Source: Candidatus Undinarchaeota archaeon (GTDB lineage: Archaea; SpSt-1190). Taken from it: a stretch of 10,029 nt of DNA. The stretch spans positions 1 through 10,029 of the forward strand of contig CAZJUS010000030.1 in the NCBI GenBank assembly GCA_964549355.1, written 5' to 3'. The first letter of the stretch is position 1. Each line of letters starts with the position of its first letter. Below, piece by piece: positions 4,529-10,029 of the stretch. The notes beneath the pieces are model-generated. The model was not told where the DNA came from, did not search any database, and saw only the letters and a list, made by a program, of their open reading frames with translations. The position numbers and the translations under genes are program-made.

Positions 4529-6850
4529 GTGATACTCACCGACATTTATTACAGTGGCAAGGATAAGGTCGTCACTACACTGGTCGGCCGGGGAGGCAGA
4601 ACCATGAAAGACGCTGAATTCCTGCCGTATATGTATGTCATAGTGGAATCCAGTAAGGCCATCGAGAATATCAAAAATCTGAAGGTGGGGATGAAGCACG
4701 CGGAAAAAATTGAAGTCGTGAAAAAGCTGAACCTGAACAAAGAAGTTGACGCTGTGAAGATTTCACTCCGGCACCCAAAGGAAGTGAATGAATGGAGATC
4801 TGCAGTAAAGCCGTTTGGTGAACGGCGCGAGTATGACATTCCGTTTGTTCGAAGATATATGATAGATCATGATCTTGCACCCATGGTCGAGGTGAAGGAG
4901 GATTTCACAAGAGGCAAAAAGGAAATTGAAAAAATGAAGGTGCTGGCTTTCGATATTGAAACTCTATCCAAGAGCCCAACAGATATTGGGGGGGATCCGA
5001 TAACTATGATCAGTGTTTGGGGCGAGGGAGTAAAAAAAGTCATAACCTGGGCTGACACTGGTGGGGCAGGCAACATACCGGAATGGTTGCAGACGGAAAA
5101 AAATGAAGCATCCATGATAAAAGCATTCATCCGTCTTGTGAACGAATACAAGCCGGAAGTAATTGTAGGTTACAACAGCGACATGTTTGACTGGCCTTTT
5201 ATTGCAAAACGCGCTGAAAAGCTGGGAATTACCCCCATGTTCAACGGCAGGGCCCTGGGATTTGTAAGGAGGGGGAGGGGCACTGCACCTTATCTGCCGG
5301 GGATGAATCCCACCGACCTCTATATCTTTGTTCGGAACATCCTGTCGCCCTACCTGCAGGCCGAAACTTTGGATTTGGGCACTGTTGCAGATGAACTTAT
5401 TGGAGAAACAAAAACTGATATTGGAGGCAGTGATGGCATCCAGGAAGCATGGAATGACCCGGAAAAAAGGCGGAGATTGTTCGAATATTCACTGCAGGAT
5501 GCAAAGGTAACATACAATCTCGCCGAAAAGATAATGCCCATGATTTATGAATTATCCAAAATTGTGGGGCAAACTATTTTTGACACTTCAAGACTGCCTT
5601 CCGGACAGATGGTAGAGTGGCTGCTTATGAGGGCCGCATTCAAAAGGAATATGCTTATTCCAAACAAACCAAAAAGCGAAATCTTTTCAGAGAGATATGC
5701 ACAAAGGTATGTTGGTGCTTTTGTGAAAGAACCAATAAAAGGTTTGCATCACAGAATTGCAGTTTGTGATTTTAGAAGCCTGTATCCAACGATAATCATG
5801 GCGCATAATATTTCTCCAGATGCGGTAGGATGCGACCACAAAGAATGCAAAAAAAATTCACCGGAAAACGGTGTTCACTTTTGCACAAAGAAAAAAGGGT
5901 TCATGCCGGAGCTAATGGAATCCATTTTCAACACGAGAATGGAGGTCAAAGCGAGTTTAAAAAAGCTGAAAAAAGGCAGCAAGGAATGGGTGCTGGCAAA
6001 GGCAAAATCCAATGCTCTGAAACTCATTCTAAACAGCTTTTACGGCTACCTTGGATTCGCAGGCTCCCGATGGTATACCCTAGAAAGTGCCCAGGCCATC
6101 ACCGCATGGGGCAGAAAATATATCAAGGAAATTATGAAGGTTGCAGAAAGTGAAGGGTTTACTGTAATTTATGGTGACACCGATTCAGTTATGTTAAATT
6201 ATCCGGAGTCGCATAGTGATGCTGACTTTGAAGATAGGGTCGGAGATTTTATGAAAAGGGTGAATGATTCACTGCCAAAACCAATTCAGTTGGATCTCGA
6301 AGGGATTTTTAAGACAGGTCTTTTCGTGACCAAAAAAAGATATGCACTAATGGGGAAAGACGGCTCGCTGATTGTGAAAGGGCTTGAAAGAGTGAGAAGG
6401 GATTGGTCCCCGCTTGCCAGAAAAGTCCAGGACCGGGTTTTGAGATTGATTTTAAGTGACAGGGTTGAGGATGCCAAGACTTTCGTAAAAGAAAAGGTGA
6501 AGGAGTTGCGGGCTGGAAAGATTCCGATCGAGGACCTCATCATCACCACACAACTGACAAAGATGCCGGAGGATTATGCCACCATTGCGCCTCATGTAAA
6601 GGTCGCCAGGGACATGCGGAAAGCCGGCGAGCCGGTCCTGCCGGGGATGCTGATAAAATATGTAGTTGCACCTGGAAGCGGAACTATTTCAAGCAGAGCC
6701 GTCTGGGCCAAGGAAGCCAAGGAATACGATGTTGAATACTACATCAACAACCAGTTGATTCCGCCGATTTTGAGGCTTATGGAGGTTTTTGGGGAATCCG
6801 AGAGAAGCTTGAAAGCCAAACAGGCAGGCCTTGATGGATTTTTCAAGTAG
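4529..6850 (+). CDS. polB: Family B DNA polymerase (archaeal PolB3 type), intein-free, with intact exonuclease and polymerase motifs
   Basis: ExoI AFDIET, ExoII GYNSDMFD, ExoIII YSLQDA. Motif A DFRSLYPTII, motif B KLILNSFYGY, motif C YGDTDS, plus KKRY and KGLERVRRDWS. C-terminal PIP box QAGLDGFF. The N-terminus MILTDIYY resembles Thermococcales PolB (MILDTDY), which supports the GTG start. Confidence 0.99.
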   Translation: MILTDIYYSGKDKVVTTLVGRGGRTMKDAEFLPYMYVIVESSKAIENIKNLKVGMKHAEKIEVVKKLNLNKEVDAVKISLRHPKEVNEWRSAVKPFGERREYDIPFVRRYMIDHDLAPMVEVKEDFTRGKKEIEKMKVLAFDIETLSKSPTDIGGDPITMISVWGEGVKKVITWADTGGAGNIPEWLQTEKNEASMIKAFIRLVNEYKPEVIVGYNSDMFDWPFIAKRAEKLGITPMFNGRALGFVRRGRGTAPYLPGMNPTDLYIFVRNILSPYLQAETLDLGTVADELIGETKTDIGGSDGIQEAWNDPEKRRRLFEYSLQDAKVTYNLAEKIMPMIYELSKIVGQTIFDTSRLPSGQMVEWLLMRAAFKRNMLIPNKPKSEIFSERYAQRYVGAFVKEPIKGLHHRIAVCDFRSLYPTIIMAHNISPDAVGCDHKECKKNSPENGVHFCTKKKGFMPELMESIFNTRMEVKASLKKLKKGSKEWVLAKAKSNALKLILNSFYGYLGFAGSRWYTLESAQAITAWGRKYIKEIMKVAESEGFTVIYGDTDSVMLNYPESHSDADFEDRVGDFMKRVNDSLPKPIQLDLEGIFKTGLFVTKKRYALMGKDGSLIVKGLERVRRDWSPLARKVQDRVLRLILSDRVEDAKTFVKEKVKELRAGKIPIEDLIITTQLTKMPEDYATIAPHVKVARDMRKAGEPVLPGMLIKYVVAPGSGTISSRAVWAKEAKEYDVEYYINNQLIPPILRLMEVFGESERSLKAKQAGLDGFFK

Positions 6851-6857
6851 CCAACAG

Positions 6858-6870
6858 CAACCCTTTTATG
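6858..6870 (+). promoter_or_regulatory. Putative BRE/TATA for the Cys-rich protein operon
   Basis: CAACCC-TTTTATG, 27 nt before ATG 6891. Confidence 0.55.
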
Positions 6871-6890
6871 CAAACGGCACGTTTCTTGGT

Positions 6891-7424
6891 ATGAAGGAGC
6901 CTGTCTGGATGATTCTCGGAAGCATTGCATTGATTGTTCTGTTTATGGGTCTTGGCTTTCTTGTGCAGTATGGCACGCCCCGGACCGCCAAAGAAGATAG
7001 TGAATTCTGTGGCATGTCCACGCTTGGAGCTTGTGAAAGTGATGCGGATTGTGTCATAGGGGGTTGTTCTGGACAGATTTGTTCATCAAAAAATGAAGGT
7101 GAAATTTCAACAACGTGTGAATATCGGGATTGCTACGATGCAGAAAAATATGGGTTTGATTGTGTCTGCGTAAATCACACCTGCACGTGGGCTGAAGAAG
7201 AATGCGGGGGCATGGCATGGCATACTGCAAAAAAAATTGCGCAAAAAAGTGAATGCGCAGAAAGAGGCAGTTTAAAATCAGAACACCAATGCAATCCGGT
7301 TACAAAAACATGGTGGATTGAATTGGATTTGCAACAGGACGGTTGCAGCCCTGCATGTGTTGTAGATGCCGAAACCGGAGAAGCATCAATTAATTGGAGA
7401 TGCACGGGGTTGAAACTATCATGA
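6891..7424 (+). CDS. Membrane-anchored Cys-rich extracellular protein (eight-cysteine-cluster-like domain plus a second 6-Cys domain), 177 aa
   Basis: N-terminal TM/signal helix (VWMILGSIALIVLFMGLGFLV). CESDADCVIGGCSGQIC...TTCEYRDCY...CVCVNHTCTW resembles the eight-cysteine-cluster domain (TIGR04289 as I recall it). The second module is CNPVTKTWWIELD...GCSPACVV...INWRCTGL. ATG 6891 avoids overlap with polB and fits TATA spacing. Confidence 0.85.
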   Translation: MKEPVWMILGSIALIVLFMGLGFLVQYGTPRTAKEDSEFCGMSTLGACESDADCVIGGCSGQICSSKNEGEISTTCEYRDCYDAEKYGFDCVCVNHTCTWAEEECGGMAWHTAKKIAQKSECAERGSLKSEHQCNPVTKTWWIELDLQQDGCSPACVVDAETGEASINWRCTGLKLS

Positions 7425-7936
7425 ATGAAACTGCGGATTATCAGTGGCTGCCAAATGCAATCACGTCGTTGCGCGCATTTTCCATTCCGGCTTTCATCTA
7501 CTTTCTTCTTGAAAAAATGCGGTGGGCAACATTGGGTGTTGTTTCTTTTGGGTATCTCACCGATTTCTTCGATGGTTTTTTTGCCAGAAAATTAGGAGTA
7601 AGCTCTGATTTCGGCAATATCTTCGATAAAATAACGGACCTGGTCTTGAATTTGACAATCATAACTGCTTTGATTTTCGCAGGGATTTATCCGTGGTGGT
7701 TTGCATATGTCATTGCAACTTCTCTGCTGGTCCTGAACTTCACGGAAAAAACCAAATTCTCATCCAGAAATCCGGCATGGAGGATCGGGGGGTTTATTTT
7801 GGCCGTCTCGAATATAATCGCTTTGGCTTGCCAGCATGCAAGCGTGGGGGCCCTGATGTCAATCATATTGACGGGCGCTTCAGCCGCAATAATTATTTGG
7901 TCGGTAATCCATGTCATAAAATTTGAAAAATTTTAG
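7421..7936 (+). CDS. CDP-alcohol phosphatidyltransferase family protein (PgsA-like), 171 aa
   Basis: Signature DxxDGxxAR(x8)GxxxDxxxD is present as TDFFDGFFARKLGVSSDFGNIFDKITD. N-terminal LPNAITSLR and several TM helices. ATG 7421 overlaps the upstream stop (ATGA). Confidence 0.92.
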   Translation: MNETADYQWLPNAITSLRAFSIPAFIYFLLEKMRWATLGVVSFGYLTDFFDGFFARKLGVSSDFGNIFDKITDLVLNLTIITALIFAGIYPWWFAYVIATSLLVLNFTEKTKFSSRNPAWRIGGFILAVSNIIALACQHASVGALMSIILTGASAAIIIWSVIHVIKFEKF

Positions 7937-8418
7937 GCAGTTACTTTTTTTTTCTTTGGCTTCTTGGATTTTTTGGTTGATTTTGGCCGGGTCCTTGGTG
8001 CAATTTTCTTGGCAAACTTCCTAGCTGCAGTTAATTCTTTCTCGTCTGGATGCCCGCGGTTGATAATCCAGAAAAATGCACCTGAACAGACAAAAGCCGC
8101 TTTTACCTTTGCACCTTTCGATTCAAGAACTTTCACAAGCCAGGTGGCGACCTGCTTCCCGTTCTCAACATCACCTGCAGTTACAAAGACCGCTGCACGT
8201 CGGCCACGGAAGGATGGAGAATCATACAGCCATTTGATGAGAGGCTGGGCTGCGCGGTTCGCATAAACGCCTGTCCCAATGACAATCAAATGAGGGGGTT
8301 TCCAATCCTTAGGAAGCCGTCTTACATTTACTGCAGGCACTCCAAGTTCATCTGCAATGATGCCTGCAATTTTCTTTGTGTTGCCGGTTAGGGAGCTATA
8401 AATCACAGAGGATGCCAT
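7933..8418 (-). CDS. Flavodoxin-like protein with Lys-rich C-terminal tail (161 aa)
   Basis: FMN phosphate loop VIYSSLTGNTKKIA, then IVIGTGVY, RAAVFVTAG, and GHPDEKELTAARKFA. ATG 8418 lies 28 nt from a minus-strand TTTTATAT. Confidence 0.92.
   Translation of the reverse strand: MASSVIYSSLTGNTKKIAGIIADELGVPAVNVRRLPKDWKPPHLIVIGTGVYANRAAQPLIKWLYDSPSFRGRRAAVFVTAGDVENGKQVATWLVKVLESKGAKVKAAFVCSGAFFWIINRGHPDEKELTAARKFAKKIAPRTRPKSTKKSKKPKKKKVTA
7945..7984 (+). terminator. Candidate oligo-T terminator for the 6891-7936 transcript
   Basis: T9 (7945-7953), T6 (7969-7974) and T4 (7981-7984) lie just after the TAG at 7936. Archaeal termination generally uses U-rich tracts. Confidence 0.4.
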
Positions 8419-8437
8419 AGAAATCAAAGGCAGGACT

Positions 8438-8457
8438 AATATAAAACCATATTACAA
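8438..8457. promoter_or_regulatory. Interleaved divergent promoters for the flavodoxin (-) and YgjP-like (+) genes
   Basis: Minus strand TTTTATATT from 8446 (28 nt before ATG 8418). Plus strand AAAACCA-TATTACA with the TATA at 8450 (26 nt before ATG 8476). Confidence 0.55.
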
Positions 8458-8475
8458 ATTTCCAGAGGGAGTCCC

Positions 8476-9246
8476 ATGAAAAAACTGCACGGCGTCAAGA
8501 TGAAGGACTTATGGAGTTATGCAGACAAGCCACTAAAACACATTGTAATTGCAGGGGTTCGCATTCCTTACCGCGTGGACAGGCGGAATGTCAGAAACAC
8601 TCGGTTGGAATTTCGCAAAGGTGAACTTTTGGTTGTCTTGTCTCCCTCGGAGTCAAGTGAAGCCGAAATTTTGAAAGAAAAACAAAAGTGGGTGTTGAAG
8701 AACTATTTAAAAATATGTGAACGACGAAATCAAATTAGAACTTGGCACGATGAATCTCAAATTATGATTATGGGAAAGCCATTCACTTTTGTTGAATATG
8801 TGGAAGGCCACGGCGTGTGGATTGATTTTGAAAGAAAAGCAATCCATATGAACCGAAAAATCCAAAGACATAAATCTCAAGTGAAAAACATTTTGAAAAG
8901 AAAGCTTGCAGAAGAAATTCACAAAAGAATAAACATGTTTTCAGAGGAGCTTGGACGGAACCCAAATGGGTTCCGAATTAAAACTCAAAAAACTTCATGG
9001 GGCAGTTGCTCATCAAAACAAAATCTGAATTTCAATTTGAAGTTGATATTCCTCCCGCCTGAATTGGTGGATTATGTTGTCTTTCACGAAATTCTGCACT
9101 TGAGGTATATGAGCCATGGAAAAAGATTTCGTGCTGTTATGAAAAAACGGTTCAGGAATGTGAAGCAATTGGAAGATAAGCTGGCCACCTGGTGGCATTA
9201 CGTACAGATGGCGCCTGTTGCAGAACTTTTAACTAAATCCATTTGA
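8476..9246 (+). CDS. YgjP/DUF45-like (SprT/M48-type) HExxH metal-dependent hydrolase
   Basis: KTQKTSWGSCSSKQNLNFNLKLIFLPPELVDYVVFHEILHLRYMSHGKRF matches the family's WGSCS ... DYVVxHELxH ... H pattern. The start could also be the second Met at 8500. Confidence 0.92.
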   Translation: MKKLHGVKMKDLWSYADKPLKHIVIAGVRIPYRVDRRNVRNTRLEFRKGELLVVLSPSESSEAEILKEKQKWVLKNYLKICERRNQIRTWHDESQIMIMGKPFTFVEYVEGHGVWIDFERKAIHMNRKIQRHKSQVKNILKRKLAEEIHKRINMFSEELGRNPNGFRIKTQKTSWGSCSSKQNLNFNLKLIFLPPELVDYVVFHEILHLRYMSHGKRFRAVMKKRFRNVKQLEDKLATWWHYVQMAPVAELLTKSI

Positions 9247-10029
9247 GCTTCCTAAGTATTGCTAAAAGCAGAATGGCGGGTAGAAAGCCAATGCCAACAG
9301 TAATCCAAAAAATATAGGGGTGGTTGGCCATTGGAAGCGCCACATTCATGCCATAGAAACTGGCCACAATCACTGGGACTGCCAGAAAAATGCTCCATAC
9401 TGTCAGCGTTTTCATGATATGATTCATGTTGTTTCCCACTATGCTGGCATACGCATCCATAGTGTTGCTTGAAATTTCCAAATAAGTATTTATCATGGCC
9501 AGGACTTGTTCGTTTTCAATAACAATGTCTTCAAGAAGTTCCTTGTCTGCATCATAAAGCCTAAAATGTTTTCCAGCAGCAATGTCCTTGAGAAGTTTCA
9601 GATTGCTTCCGGTAGCGATTTTAAAATGTGTAAGTGTCTTTTGGATAGCGAGCAATTGGAAAATTTCTTTATTGCTGATTGAACCTTTTATCTTATCTGA
9701 AATTGTTTCTGTTTTCCGATCCACTTCATCCAAGCGGGAAATATAAAATTTTACAGCACTCCATAAAATCTGCAACAGGGCGCGGGTCTGCTGTGTTGTA
9801 TAAAAACGGCGGGGATTATTCTTGAATATCCGGATAAGCTCTGTGTGTTTGTTGGATATGGTAAAAAAGTATCTTTTCACAAAAATCAAGCCCACTGTAA
9901 CAGGTTCGATATCTTCCTTGCCGACATCCGGCACCTTCAGAATTACCAGCTTTGCACCGGTGTCCTCATCATCGTCAAAGCGGGGCTGTTCATCATCGTC
10001 CAAGCAGGCGCGCACAAATTCAGAAGGTA
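9233..10029 (-). CDS. corA: CorA-family Mg2+/divalent cation transporter, 5'-truncated by the window edge
   Basis: NNMNHIMKTLT, the GMN signature (SFYGMNVALP), two C-terminal TM helices and a basic tail (RKLKWI). The frame stays open to the edge (...PSEFVRACLDDDE), so the start lies outside the window. Confidence 0.95.
   Translation of the reverse strand, partial: PSEFVRACLDDDEQPRFDDDEDTGAKLVILKVPDVGKEDIEPVTVGLIFVKRYFFTISNKHTELIRIFKNNPRRFYTTQQTRALLQILWSAVKFYISRLDEVDRKTETISDKIKGSISNKEIFQLLAIQKTLTHFKIATGSNLKLLKDIAAGKHFRLYDADKELLEDIVIENEQVLAMINTYLEISSNTMDAYASIVGNNMNHIMKTLTVWSIFLAVPVIVASFYGMNVALPMANHPYIFWITVGIGFLPAILLLAILRKLKWI

Noticed and set aside
4529..6850. polB as a casposon/viral polymerase, an inactivated PolB2, or an intein host
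   Set aside because: All catalytic motifs are intact and contiguous, the length is that of a cellular PolB3, a PIP box is present, and there is no cas1, terminal repeat or viral gene nearby.
6831..6890. Track start for the Cys-rich ORF at 6831 (likewise 7394, 8427, 2072 and 1029 for other genes)
   Set aside because: These upstream non-ATG starts overlap neighbouring genes or promoter regions. The downstream ATGs fit the TATA spacing or the ATGA coupling.
8476..9246. YgjP-like gene as a marker of a type I restriction-modification or defence locus
   Set aside because: No hsd or other defence genes flank it here. Its neighbours are the flavodoxin and corA genes.
9960..10005. Repeated TCATCATCGTC
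   Set aside because: Encodes the two DDDE stretches in CorA; it is coding low complexity, not an array.
1..10029. tRNA, rRNA, CRISPR array or IS element
   Set aside because: All intergenic gaps are under 80 nt and are largely accounted for by promoter elements. I saw no cloverleaf, spaced repeats or transposase motifs.

Overview
Gene-dense archaeal chromosomal window. Archaeal origin rests on TFE-alpha, a PolB3-type DNA polymerase with a C-terminal PIP box, and TATA/BRE promoters. Gene order: HIT-family hydrolase (-, runs off the left edge and is absent from the ORF track), CYTH/TTM enzyme (-), 142-aa orphan (+), COG1777-like ArsR regulator (-), two small helical orphans (+) that appear to be diverged tandem paralogs, PDZ-containing site-2 protease (M50), tfe, polB, a membrane-anchored 16-Cys two-domain surface protein coupled to a PgsA-like CDP-alcohol phosphatidyltransferase, flavodoxin-like protein (-), YgjP/SprT-like HExxH metallohydrolase (+), and corA (-, runs off the right edge). 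I saw no RNA genes, CRISPR array, intein or mobile element. The best candidate for an undescribed system is the ArsR gene, a 26-bp near-perfect palindrome that covers both divergent TATA boxes, and the unannotated paralog pair downstream of it. Most genes have a TATA-like box 26-28 nt before the start codon, which suggests mostly leaderless mRNAs. All family calls come from motif recognition by eye; no database searches were run.
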